Counted from the stretch's first letter, positions 1-8,726 are shown. The stretch: 17,244 nucleotides of DNA from Candidatus Eiseniibacteriota bacterium (GCA_034440375.1 JAWXBZ010000054.1:1-17244), one strand, 5' to 3'. The notes: generated by a model not told the origin, from the letters alone. A program made the numbers and translations.

Positions 1-50
1 GCCGGCCGGCCGGCGGTCAGGTCGAGCACATGCGTCGAGATACCACTCAT
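1..50 (-). CDS. uraH: 5-hydroxyisourate hydrolase (transthyretin-like protein), 5' fragment; continues past the left window edge
   Basis: Reverse complement from ATG at 50 reads MSGISTHVLDLTAGRPA, matching the N-terminal STHVLD-x3-G-x-PA signature of HIU hydrolases. ATGA overlap (47-50) with the upstream stop codon. Purine catabolism context. Confidence 0.9.
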   Translation of the reverse strand, partial: MSGISTHVLDLTAGRP

Positions 51-1579
51 CGGATCAACAGCCTTTCCAGCCGCCGGCGGGCGATGGCCGCCATCTCCAG
101 ACCCACCGTGGCAATTTCCTCCTGCGGGTCGGCGGAAAGCCGCCGTTCGAGATGGGTCACGACGTCCTCGCCCGAGAGTCCTGTTGCGCAGAGAAGAAAA
201 ATCCAGCCAAATTTCTGCTCATAGTCCTTGTTGAGCGCGGCCAGGCGAGCCTTGACCGGATCAGCCGCTGTGGCAATACCGGATTGTTCCCGGCGGGACC
301 AATCACGCTCTTCCGTGGCAACCGGCGCGGTGGCTGCCGCCGATTCTCCGAGGCGCGGATGCCGCTTGAGCGCCTCGAGCAGGTCGTCGTGCGAAAGGAC
401 GGCGAGTGCGGCGTCACTGGCACGATCGAGCGCCGCGCGGTCGGCAAATGGCCGGGCCAGCGCCAGGGCACGCACCCAACCGGGCGCCGCGCAACAACGG
501 CCCAGTTGCTCTTCCAGTTCCGAAGGCGGCAGGGTGTTGATCCAGCGGATCGAAACCGCCTCCCGGCCATTCTCCGTTGGCTTTCCGAAGAGACGCAGGC
601 GGGCGACGCCGCCGTCCGGGTAAATGGAAAGCCGTGCATGGGTCACCGCACCCGCCGACCGGAGTTCGGATGAGAATTCATGGGGGTGATCCGGGAGCAG
701 GGGTGTTTCCGGCAGCAGGATCTGCCACTCGACGGGCGCGGCGGACCTGGCCTCTGCCCCACCAACCAGTCGATCCAGATCCATGCCGGGTGCGTGAAGG
801 ACCTCGAGCTTCGCCCGGCCCGGCGCGTTTCCCTTGAAGTGGGTCGTGTCGATGAGGGCGGACTCGATGATCCCCTCGGTGCCAAGTTGAAGAATGGCCC
901 AATCGTGCCCCGGACCGCGGCGGCGCCGGGTTTCCCAGCCATCGGCCATGTGGGTGGAGGGGCCGGAGCGGATCATGTTGTTCCGATCCGAGAAGAACAT
1001 GTCGCTGGCGGCCACGACCTCACCGCCGTTCATCATGCCGGCCAGATCGATGCGACCGTCGAAGTTTTCCGTCAGGCACCGATCAGGAAGCCCGGCGCCG
1101 TAGGCCTTGAAACGGGCCACGCCGCCGTCCGGAAAGATGTTCAGGCGTAGGTGCGTCACACGCCATGGGCACTCGACCGGGAAGCGGTGAACCGTATTCC
1201 CGCTGAGCCGCGTGGTGGCCACGACGGAGAACCAGCGGGCCGATTCGATGCCCCCGGTGTCGTCGAGCGAGGCGCCCTCGAGTGAGAACGACTCGGGGAA
1301 GTTGCCCCGGAAGTAGGCCGTGTCGACGACCACCGCCCGGATGATGCCGGCCAGGCCGAGCTGGATCACGCACCAGTCATGTCCCGGATCGCGACGACGA
1401 CGCGTCTCCCAGCCGTCCATCCACTTGCCGCGTTCGGTGTACTCGTCCTCTTTCCAAACGGGTGCAGAGGCCCTGAGGAGGTTTTCCTTCGGCGCGAAGA
1501 ACTCGTCGTTGGCCGAAAGTGTTCGCCCGCCAAGGCGCTCCGCGGTCAGCTCGATGCCGGGGAGGGGATCCTGTTCCAT
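47..1579 (-). CDS. alc: Bifunctional allantoicase / OHCU decarboxylase (UraD-like C-terminal domain)
   Basis: Two allantoicase repeats (MDGWETRRRR..GHDW..LG..G...D...F.GN.P...PDGGVAR, present twice), about 580-1579. The C-terminal ~165 aa (about 47-545) shows OHCU decarboxylase motifs: CC..PGWV..L...RPF, HPRLGE, SRREQ, YEQKFGWIFLLCATG. Start placed at ATG 1579 (MEQDPLP), 10 nt after the allB stop; the 1669 start overlaps allB. Confidence 0.9.
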   Translation of the reverse strand: MEQDPLPGIELTAERLGGRTLSANDEFFAPKENLLRASAPVWKEDEYTERGKWMDGWETRRRRDPGHDWCVIQLGLAGIIRAVVVDTAYFRGNFPESFSLEGASLDDTGGIESARWFSVVATTRLSGNTVHRFPVECPWRVTHLRLNIFPDGGVARFKAYGAGLPDRCLTENFDGRIDLAGMMNGGEVVAASDMFFSDRNNMIRSGPSTHMADGWETRRRRGPGHDWAILQLGTEGIIESALIDTTHFKGNAPGRAKLEVLHAPGMDLDRLVGGAEARSAAPVEWQILLPETPLLPDHPHEFSSELRSAGAVTHARLSIYPDGGVARLRLFGKPTENGREAVSIRWINTLPPSELEEQLGRCCAAPGWVRALALARPFADRAALDRASDAALAVLSHDDLLEALKRHPRLGESAAATAPVATEERDWSRREQSGIATAADPVKARLAALNKDYEQKFGWIFLLCATGLSGEDVVTHLERRLSADPQEEIATVGLEMAAIARRRLERLLIR

Positions 1580-1589
1580 GGGCCGGAAG

Positions 1590-2915
1590 TTACAGGAGGC
1601 GGCCGGTCGGCGTCGACAGCCGGCCTTCCTCGTGGATGAGTTCGCCGCGAAGATACGTGGCCTGGACAACGCCCGAAAGTTCGTGCCCGGCCCAGGGCGT
1701 CACCCGGTGCCGGTGTTCAAGTCGGGCAGGGTCGACCACGAACCGGGCTTCGGGATCGATGATCATCAGATCGGCATCCGCTCCCGGGGCAATGACGCCC
1801 TTCCGACCGGCCAGTCCGGCCAGTCGCGCCGGCGCGGTCGACATCCACTCGACGACGCGTATCGGCGGAATGCCGCGGCGCACGGCCTCCGTCCAGACAA
1901 CCGCCCGGCTCACCTGGAGCGAGGCAATGCCGCCCCAGGCCAGGTCGAATCGCCCCGATTCGAGTTCCTTGAGTTCCGGCGGACACGGGGAGTGATCGGA
2001 TACGATCATTCCCAGGGTGCCGTCCAGGAGTCCCTGCCAGAGAGCCTCCCGATCCTGTGCGCACCCGAGCGGCGGCGCGCACTTGAACTGGGTGCCCCCC
2101 GGCGGCACGTCCTCCCCGCACAGCACCAGGTAGTGGGGACAGGTCTCTCCGGTAATCGGCACCCCCTTTCCGCGCGCTTCCCGCAGGCGCAGAACCGCGC
2201 CCGCCGTGGAAACATGCACCACGTGGATGGGCGCCCGGCATCGCTCGGCCAGGTCAATCAGGCGTTCCACGGCTGCCTCCTCCGCCCCCTCCCGCGAAAG
2301 TGCCCACGCCGCGTGTTCGCACGGAGCCTCACGCAGTCGATCGGCCTGCCAGGCCACGAGAGCCGGATCCTCGGCATGAACCAGGAGCGGCGCGCAAAGA
2401 GGGCCAAGCACGCCGAGCGCCTTCTCGATTTCCAGGGGAGAGACAGCCGGGAATTCATCGACGCCCGAATCAACCATGAAGGCCTTGATGCCCCGCGCAC
2501 CGGCGGCAATTAGCCCCGCCAGTTTCCCGACATTTCCCGGGATGAGTCCGCCCCAGAAACCGACATCCACGTGGCACCGTCCGTCGGCCGCCCGGCGTTT
2601 GACCTCGAGCGCGGCGGCCGTGGTGGTGGCCGGAATCGAGTTGAGCGGCATGTCGATCAGCGTGGTCACGCCACCGGCCGCGGCGGCCCGGGTCAACGAG
2701 GCGAACCCCTCCCATTCGGTGCGCCCGGGTTCGTTGACATGGACATGCGTGTCGACCAACCCCGGAAGGATGAGTCGATCACCGAAGTCCAGATCGCCGC
2801 GGGCATCACCCGGCACGACCTCCTGGATGAGGCCGTCCTCGAGGCGCAGCAGAGCCGGTGCGATGCCATCCGGCATCGCCACCCGCCGGGATGATATCGT
2901 GCGAGCGTTGTCCAT
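1590..2915 (-). CDS. allB: Allantoinase (amidohydrolase superfamily)
   Basis: PGLVDTHVH (HxH), EPGRTEWEGF..TRAAAAGGVTTLIDMPLNSIP, GIKAF (carbamylated Lys), HAED, HVVHVS, ETCPHYL, FKCAPP, SDHSP, AWGGIASLQ. GGGAG RBS just upstream of ATG 2915. Adjacent to allantoicase. Confidence 0.92.
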   Translation of the reverse strand: MDNARTISSRRVAMPDGIAPALLRLEDGLIQEVVPGDARGDLDFGDRLILPGLVDTHVHVNEPGRTEWEGFASLTRAAAAGGVTTLIDMPLNSIPATTTAAALEVKRRAADGRCHVDVGFWGGLIPGNVGKLAGLIAAGARGIKAFMVDSGVDEFPAVSPLEIEKALGVLGPLCAPLLVHAEDPALVAWQADRLREAPCEHAAWALSREGAEEAAVERLIDLAERCRAPIHVVHVSTAGAVLRLREARGKGVPITGETCPHYLVLCGEDVPPGGTQFKCAPPLGCAQDREALWQGLLDGTLGMIVSDHSPCPPELKELESGRFDLAWGGIASLQVSRAVVWTEAVRRGIPPIRVVEWMSTAPARLAGLAGRKGVIAPGADADLMIIDPEARFVVDPARLEHRHRVTPWAGHELSGVVQATYLRGELIHEEGRLSTPTGRLL

Positions 2916-3019
2916 GATCTCCCATGATTCGAGCGATTGACGGCGGCCGAAGCGTCGATCAGAGTACGCCCGATCGGCCCACCCCCGTCAACATGCAACG
3001 CCACGTCCCGAGGACCCGC

Positions 3020-4525
3020 ATGGTAAAGGCCCGGCCCCGCCGACTTGCGTCCCTCCTTTGCCTCGCGATCCTCGCGCTCCTCGCGCCGCCCGGCCACGCG
3101 GCTGATGAACCGACACCGAATCAACGGGCCACCGTACCGACACCAGATCAACGGGCCGCGGTCCGCCAGCTGATCGATGAGGCGGCCCGTTCGGATTGGG
3201 GCTGGGAGCGGTTGCGTGAGCTGTGCGACACGATCGGTCATCGCCTGGCCGGTTCCCCCGCCATGAAGCGGGCCGTGGACTGGTCGGAAAAGAGCATGCG
3301 GGATGCCGGGCTCGTCCGTGTCCATCGCGAACCGGCCACCGTCCCGTACTGGATTCGCGGTCCGGAAAGCGCCCGCATCGTCTCCCCGGTCGACCGATCC
3401 CTGGCCATGCTGGCACTCGGCCCGTCCGTGCCGACACCGCCCGGCGGCCTCACCGCTTCCGTCGTCGTTGTCGACTCCTACGAGGAACTGGACCGGCTGG
3501 GACGGCCCGGGGTCGAGGGCCGGATTGTCCTCTTCGATCGTGAATGGACCACCTATCCGGCCGCCGCCGAAATTCGGTCCCGGGGACCGGCGAAGGCGGC
3601 GGCCCTGGGTGCTGTGGCCGCCCTGGTCCGTTCGGCCACACCGAAGAGCCTCGACACGCCCCATACCGGCTGGCTCTCCTGTCCTGCGGGAACCCCGCTC
3701 ATTCCGGCCGCGGCCGTGAGCCCGGAGGCATCGAGTCAGATTCGTCGTCTTGTCGAGGCGGGCCATGAAGTGCGCGTTCATCTGGAAATGGATCACCAGG
3801 TGCTCGGCACGACCGAAAGCCACAATGTGATGGGGGAAGTAACCGGGCGTGAACTCCCGGAGGAAATCGTCCTGCTCGGCGCCCATCTCGATTCGTGGGA
3901 TGTTGGCCAGGGAGCCCAGGATGACGGCGTCGGCTGCCTGATCATGCTGGAGGCGGCGCGGTTGATTCGAAATCTGCCGATCCCGCCGCGCCGGACGATT
4001 CGAGTCGTCTTCTTCACCGACGAGGAAATCAGCCTCGGTGGCGCCGACTCCTACCTCGAACGGCACCGGGACGAACTGCCGCGCCATGTGGCCGGCTTCG
4101 AATCCGACGCGGGAAATGAAGTGGCCAACGGCTTTTTCGTCGATATACAGGGCGTGGCCGGCACAACCGACAGCACGAGGACCAAGGCGGACGCCCAACG
4201 CCTCACACACGGCGTGCTGGCGGCGCTCGCCGGTTTCGATTGGGCGCTCGAACCACTCCGCGCGAACAATTTCCTGCCGGGCGACAGCGGGATCGATCTC
4301 TCCCCGGCCGTGGCCCTCGGGATGCTGGGTTTCGGGGTCAATCACCCGACGGAAAAATATTTCGACATCCATCACTCCGCCGCGGACACCTTCGACAAGC
4401 TCGACCGGCTCGACATGTCCCGGAATGTCGCCATCGTGGCCACGCTGGTTTACCTGATCGCGGATTCGCCGGAGCGGCTCCTCCCCTGGCCCGGCCCCGA
4501 CGGATCGGGTCCGGGCACCCGCTGA
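3020..4525 (+). CDS. Secreted M28-family metallopeptidase with PA domain (carboxypeptidase Q-like)
   Basis: Signal peptide MVKARPRRLASLLCLAILALLAPPGHA. Motifs LCDTIGHRLAGS, PHTG, GAHLDSWDVGQGAQDDGVG, DEE, ESDAG, YFDIHHSAADTFDK (zinc ligands). GAGGA RBS before ATG 3020; starts at 2993 or 2924 are also possible. Confidence 0.88.
   Translation: MVKARPRRLASLLCLAILALLAPPGHAADEPTPNQRATVPTPDQRAAVRQLIDEAARSDWGWERLRELCDTIGHRLAGSPAMKRAVDWSEKSMRDAGLVRVHREPATVPYWIRGPESARIVSPVDRSLAMLALGPSVPTPPGGLTASVVVVDSYEELDRLGRPGVEGRIVLFDREWTTYPAAAEIRSRGPAKAAALGAVAALVRSATPKSLDTPHTGWLSCPAGTPLIPAAAVSPEASSQIRRLVEAGHEVRVHLEMDHQVLGTTESHNVMGEVTGRELPEEIVLLGAHLDSWDVGQGAQDDGVGCLIMLEAARLIRNLPIPPRRTIRVVFFTDEEISLGGADSYLERHRDELPRHVAGFESDAGNEVANGFFVDIQGVAGTTDSTRTKADAQRLTHGVLAALAGFDWALEPLRANNFLPGDSGIDLSPAVALGMLGFGVNHPTEKYFDIHHSAADTFDKLDRLDMSRNVAIVATLVYLIADSPERLLPWPGPDGSGPGTR
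3109..3162 (+). repeat. Two-copy 27-bp in-frame tandem repeat (PTPNQRATV / PTPDQRAAV)
   Basis: accgacaccgaatcaacgggccaccgt versus accgacaccagatcaacgggccgcggt, 23/27 identical by hand count. Confidence 0.85.
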
Positions 4526-4616
4526 GGCCATCCGGGCCGCCGTGACAAAAGGCGGCGGTTCCCCTGCAACCCGCCCGGGTCCTGCGCGTAGGCACGGACG
4601 TCGCGACAGTTCTTTT

Positions 4617-4635
4617 TGATATCATTTTGACACCA
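4617..4635 (+). promoter_or_regulatory. Extended -10 promoter (TGaTATCAT) overlapped by a candidate RHH operator, TGATATCA-TTT-TGACACCA
   Basis: AT-rich patch in GC-rich DNA. TG-n-TATCAT at 4617-4625; perfect palindrome TGATATCA at 4617-4624 and an imperfect copy 11 bp later; AAGGAGG RBS immediately downstream. Confidence 0.55.
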
Positions 4636-4650
4636 CCAAAGGAGGAAACG

Positions 4651-5520
4651 ATGTTCCGTGAGAAAAAGGCCGGCACGCTGTCCGGCTGGATGATGTTGAT
4701 CGCTCTCCCGGCCGCCCTGATCGCCGTGGTAATCCTGTTCGCCGGCGCCATCAAGGATCACGACGGGATCCGGGCCGTCCAATCCGCTGTTGCATTCGTC
4801 ATCCTCCTGATCGCACTGTTCGGGCTCACCGTCGTGAACCCGAACGAGGCCGTGGTGGCGACGCTTTTCGGCACCTACCTGGGCTCGATCAAGACTCCCG
4901 GCTTCTGGTGGATCAACCCGTTCAGCGTCAAAAAGCGGATCTCGCTCAAGGTTCGCAATTTCGAGAGCAGCAAGCTCAAGGTCAACGACCATGACGGCAA
5001 CCCGATCGAGATCGGCGCCGTGGTCGTCTGGAGGGTCATGGAAACGGCCGAAGCGATTTTCCATGTGGACGATTACGACAACTTCGTCCACGTGCAGAGC
5101 GAGTCGGCGCTGCGAAACCTGGCCACCTCGCACCCCTATGATGCCCACAACGACGGACAGATGTCGCTGCGCAGCCACACCGTCGAAATCGCGGCCAATC
5201 TGAAGTCCGAAATACAGGCACGGCTGCTCCAGGCCGGTGTCGAGGTCATCGAGTCGCGTATCAGCCATCTGGCCTACGCGCCGGAAATCGCCAGCGCCAT
5301 GCTTCAGCGGCAACAGGCCAGCGCCATCGTCGCGGCCCGGACCAAGATCGTGGAGGGCGCCGTGGGCATGGTCGAGATGGCCCTGGCCGAGCTCAGCAAG
5401 AAGCAGATCATCCAGCTAGACGAGGAGCGGAAGGCGGCCATGGTCAGCAATCTGCTGGTGGTCCTCTGCAGCGATCGGCACACCCAGCCGGTCATCAACG
5501 CCGGCACCCTGAACCACTGA
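4651..5520 (+). CDS. SPFH / Band 7 / prohibitin-domain membrane protein
   Basis: Two N-terminal hydrophobic segments, then [92 protein letters not shown]. Strong AAGGAGG RBS before ATG 4651. Confidence 0.92.
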   Translation: MFREKKAGTLSGWMMLIALPAALIAVVILFAGAIKDHDGIRAVQSAVAFVILLIALFGLTVVNPNEAVVATLFGTYLGSIKTPGFWWINPFSVKKRISLKVRNFESSKLKVNDHDGNPIEIGAVVVWRVMETAEAIFHVDDYDNFVHVQSESALRNLATSHPYDAHNDGQMSLRSHTVEIAANLKSEIQARLLQAGVEVIESRISHLAYAPEIASAMLQRQQASAIVAARTKIVEGAVGMVEMALAELSKKQIIQLDEERKAAMVSNLLVVLCSDRHTQPVINAGTLNH

Positions 5521-5526
5521 TTGACC

Positions 5527-5709
5527 GTGAGCGATCGAAAGGCCTTCCCACTCCGGATCGATCCGGCCATTCTGGGCCTTCTTTCGAAGTGGGCCGCGGA
5601 TGACCTTCGGAGCGTCAACGGGCAGATCGAGTACCTTCTGCGCGAGGCCCTCCGGAGCGCCGGGCGGCTCAAGAATCGCGGCAATCCGCGCAAAGACGGA
5701 GGATCATGA
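5527..5709 (+). CDS. Small Arc-like ribbon-helix-helix DNA-binding protein
   Basis: [42 protein letters not shown]: an alternating beta-strand (AFPLRI) followed by helix-'RSVN'-helix, typical of Arc/RHH proteins. Fills the gap between the SPFH and DUF2723 genes. Start is GTG 5527 or TTG 5521. Confidence 0.82.
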   Translation: MSDRKAFPLRIDPAILGLLSKWAADDLRSVNGQIEYLLREALRSAGRLKNRGNPRKDGGS

Positions 5710-8144
5710 TTTCCCGGGCGGCAAAGGTGGGCGGATTCGTTGTCCTGGTTCTGTCGATCCTGTACTTCATGACGGCCGCGCGCACGGTTGGCCCGGGAGA
5801 TTCGGGCGAACTCACGTCAGTCATGGTGTCATGGGGTGTGGCCCATCCGCCGGGCTACCCGCTGCTCACACTCCTCGGAAATCTCGTTCACCGGCTTCCC
5901 TTCCCGGGGGAGCCGGCCTTCCCCCTCAATCTCCTTTCGGCCCTGTTCGGTGCCCTGGCGGCCGGCGTCCTGGCCATGGCGGTGGCCCGGGCCACCCGTG
6001 ACCCGATAGCCGGTGCCCTTTCCGGCCTCGCCCTCGGCGTCTCGAGGCTCTTCTGGGAATACTCGCTTGTCGTCGAGGTCTTTTCGCTCAATGCCCTGTT
6101 CGGTGCCCTGCTTCTTTATTTCCTGGTCGAGCTGACCCGCTCGCGCGCCGAGGGGAAACCGGCGCTCTGGACCCTTCCGGCCATCGCGTTGACCGCGTCA
6201 CAGGCGCTGACGCATCACCTGACGCTGGTCCTCCTGGCTGTTCCGGTAATCCTGGCCGTACTTTTGATGGTGGCCCGGCCACAGGAGAGCGGGCTTGAAC
6301 CGGCCGCCACGCGACGAGCCTTGTGGCTGGCCGTTGCCGCCGGACTCGTCGGGCTCCTGCCGCTCGTGTACCTGCCGATCGCCTCGGCCAGTCAGCCCGT
6401 TCTGGCGTGGGGCGAGGCCTCCTCACCCACCGGCTTCATCCGTCAGCTCCTGCGTTCCGACTACGGCTCCGGCACGCTGATGAGCCCGTGGGGCGTGGCC
6501 AAGCTGGTCCTGGAGGAGGGGGAATCGATCGCCCCCACCCTCGGGCACCATCTCCTTCGGTTCTGGATGGAAATTCCAAGGAGCCTCGGCTGGCTCCTTC
6601 CGGCGCTGTCCCTCGCCGGGTTCGTCGTCGCGTTTCGCGACCGGACGGCTCCCTGGCGCCTTTTCCTGACTGGCTGGCTTGGCATGGTCGCCATCTTCTT
6701 CCTGCGCGTGAATTCGCCGCTCATCCCGCTGCATCTCGGCGTGACGGAGCGGTTCTACATTCTTCATCATGTCGTCCTCTGCTTCCTGGCCGGCCTCGGG
6801 ATGGCGGCACTTTTTGAGGCGCTCCGGCTGCGTGGCGGCTTGATGCGTCCTGTCGGTGCGGCCTTCATCCTGGTGGTGGCGGTCGTGGCGCCGCTCCTCC
6901 TTCACGGGCGCGATGTCTCGATGGCCTCCAACCGATTCTCGGCCGACCTCGGCTACAACTTCACGTCGGGCCTTCCGGACAGCGCGTTTCTCCTGTCCGA
7001 AGGTGATCTGTTGCACAACGCGTTTTACTACCAGCAACTGGCGATGGGGCGACGGCCCGACGTCGAGTACGTCGATCTTCAGAAGTTGACCTACGACTGG
7101 TACGTCCGGCAGATCCGACGCTCCGGACGCTTCCGGCTGCCATTGGGGATGACGGCTTACGGTAACGACCCGAACAGCCAGAGCGCGGCCTGGCTCGCCG
7201 CGAACACCGGCCCGGGCGGTCACCCGGTGGCGGCCGTCAGTGTTCAGGACGTCAGCTACATGAAGGAATGGAACCTGTTGCCGCAGGGGCTCTGGTGGTT
7301 GTTCCAGAAGAAAGCCGACGGCGTGGACATCCAATCGCTGGCCACGCGGGCCGAGGTGATCACACGAAGCTGGAAGCTCGAGTCGCTCGATCGCCACTAC
7401 CACGAGCGATCATGGGAGGTGGCCCAGCGCGAGACCTACTGGCGGGCGCTGGCCTACGTCGGCGCACTCCAACAATTTGCCGACGACCTGAAGCGTGAGC
7501 ATCCGGGCGTGGGGCCGACCGGCTACGCCGCGGACCTCCGGCAAAGGGCCGAGGCGATCGCCGGCCCGAAGGCCTCGAGCGTCCGGGCCCTTGAGGCGGA
7601 GATGTACCAGCGCCTCCTGGTCAGCGGCCTCACCGACTTTGGCCGGATCGTTCAGCCAGGCGAACTGGCGGTGAAAATGGTGAACCTGGCCGAGGAGGCC
7701 GTGGCGATGGGGCCGACCGACCCGTTGGCGCTCGCCCGCCTGGCGGACCTGCTGCGCGCCGATCCGCTCCGCTGGTCGGCTGCCCGGCATCTCGAACTGT
7801 GCGGACGGCTGGTCGATGCGAAACCGGGTGACGAGGCTGCGCTCGGCAACTATGTTCAACTCGTCATCGACGGCGTGAAGACCGGCCAGATCAACCCGTC
7901 AACCGAACTTCCTATGGCCCTCGCGCGGCAGAAACGGCACCTCGCGCTGGTCCGGCGGGCCGCCGAACTTTCCGACGAACCGACACTGATCCTGCGCCTG
8001 GTGAAGTGGGAGGGTTACCTCAAGGATATCGAGGCGCTGGCAGTGCGGCTGTCGAACAGTCGGCCCGGATCAATATCACCGGGCACCCCGTCGTACGCGG
8101 AAACGCCTCCCTCATCAAAGGACTCCACCGCTCCGGGTCAATAA
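5706..8144 (+). CDS. DUF2723 / TMEM260-like polytopic membrane protein, probable GT-C glycosyltransferase with a large C-terminal soluble domain
   Basis: After the first transmembrane helix: GDSGEL...[10 protein letters not shown]; later [25 protein letters not shown] and EGD. About 10-11 hydrophobic segments in the first ~400 aa; Ala/Leu/Glu-rich helical C-terminus. ATGA overlap with the RHH gene. Confidence 0.85.
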   Translation: MISRAAKVGGFVVLVLSILYFMTAARTVGPGDSGELTSVMVSWGVAHPPGYPLLTLLGNLVHRLPFPGEPAFPLNLLSALFGALAAGVLAMAVARATRDPIAGALSGLALGVSRLFWEYSLVVEVFSLNALFGALLLYFLVELTRSRAEGKPALWTLPAIALTASQALTHHLTLVLLAVPVILAVLLMVARPQESGLEPAATRRALWLAVAAGLVGLLPLVYLPIASASQPVLAWGEASSPTGFIRQLLRSDYGSGTLMSPWGVAKLVLEEGESIAPTLGHHLLRFWMEIPRSLGWLLPALSLAGFVVAFRDRTAPWRLFLTGWLGMVAIFFLRVNSPLIPLHLGVTERFYILHHVVLCFLAGLGMAALFEALRLRGGLMRPVGAAFILVVAVVAPLLLHGRDVSMASNRFSADLGYNFTSGLPDSAFLLSEGDLLHNAFYYQQLAMGRRPDVEYVDLQKLTYDWYVRQIRRSGRFRLPLGMTAYGNDPNSQSAAWLAANTGPGGHPVAAVSVQDVSYMKEWNLLPQGLWWLFQKKADGVDIQSLATRAEVITRSWKLESLDRHYHERSWEVAQRETYWRALAYVGALQQFADDLKREHPGVGPTGYAADLRQRAEAIAGPKASSVRALEAEMYQRLLVSGLTDFGRIVQPGELAVKMVNLAEEAVAMGPTDPLALARLADLLRADPLRWSAARHLELCGRLVDAKPGDEAALGNYVQLVIDGVKTGQINPSTELPMALARQKRHLALVRRAAELSDEPTLILRLVKWEGYLKDIEALAVRLSNSRPGSISPGTPSYAETPPSSKDSTAPGQ

Positions 8145-8177
8145 ATCCGAGACAATCAAATCAGGGGAGATTCGCGC

Positions 8178-8726
8178 ATGCCAATGCTTCGAACCCGACC
8201 ATCCAATCTCGCCGTTTCGAGCCTGTTGTCCCTGGCCGCCTTCGTGTCGCTCCCTGTCATCGGCGGGCCGCGTGCGGCCCTGGCCGAGACCACGGTCTTC
8301 GTGGTGCGCCACGCCGAGAAGGTCGACGCCTCAGAGGACCCGGACCTCGACATTACCGGGCGGGAGCGAGCCCGCCTGCTGCGCGACATGCTGCGGGCCA
8401 TTCCCATCGAATCGGTATACGCCTCGAAGTACAAGAGGACGCAGCAGACGGTCGCCCCCGCGGCCGAGGCGCAGAAACGGACGGTCGTCGTCCACACCAC
8501 CGATGAGATTGCGAAGCTGGCGGGCGCCATCCGCGCCGCCTCGGCCGATTCCGTCGATCGCGCGGTGCTGATCGCCGGACACTCGAACACGACCGTCCAA
8601 TGGCTCAAGGCCCTCGGAATCTCCTCGATCGAGGAACTGCTCGACCACGAGTGGGATAACCTCTTCGTGGTCACGATCGGCAACGAGGGTCGGGCCCGCC
8701 TCCTGCACCTTCATTACGGCTACTGA
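8178..8726 (+). CDS. Exported histidine phosphatase (phosphoglycerate mutase / SixA-like superfamily)
   Basis: N-terminal signal-like segment ending RAALA. Motifs VFVVRHAEK, L...GRERA, S...RTQQT, LIAGHSNT. GGGGAG RBS at 8164-8169. Confidence 0.85.
   Translation: MPMLRTRPSNLAVSSLLSLAAFVSLPVIGGPRAALAETTVFVVRHAEKVDASEDPDLDITGRERARLLRDMLRAIPIESVYASKYKRTQQTVAPAAEAQKRTVVVHTTDEIAKLAGAIRAASADSVDRAVLIAGHSNTTVQWLKALGISSIEELLDHEWDNLFVVTIGNEGRARLLHLHYGY

Noticed and set aside
1580-1669. 30-aa N-terminal extension of allantoicase in the ORF track
   Set aside because: Overlaps the allB 3' end by 80 nt; the allantoicase-like sequence begins after Met at 1579. Upstream extensions for SPFH (4627), fumC (10280), DUF5916 (12938) and ferritin (15637) were likewise trimmed to RBS-supported starts.
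1320-2513. 397-aa plus-strand ORF
   Set aside because: Lies antisense to alc and allB, both clearly real; Arg/Pro-rich with no recognisable motifs.
2693-4531. 612-aa minus-strand ORF
   Set aside because: Antisense shadow of the M28 peptidase; no motifs, and long antisense frames are expected with GC-rich codon bias.
4536-4556. GCCGCC-N9-GGCGGC hairpin after the peptidase as an intrinsic terminator
   Set aside because: Short stem, large loop and no U-tract; plausible by chance in GC-rich DNA.
5527-5709. RHH protein as the antitoxin of a toxin-antitoxin pair
   Set aside because: No adjacent small toxin-like ORF (PIN, RelE, HicA); both neighbours are membrane proteins, so a regulator role fits better.
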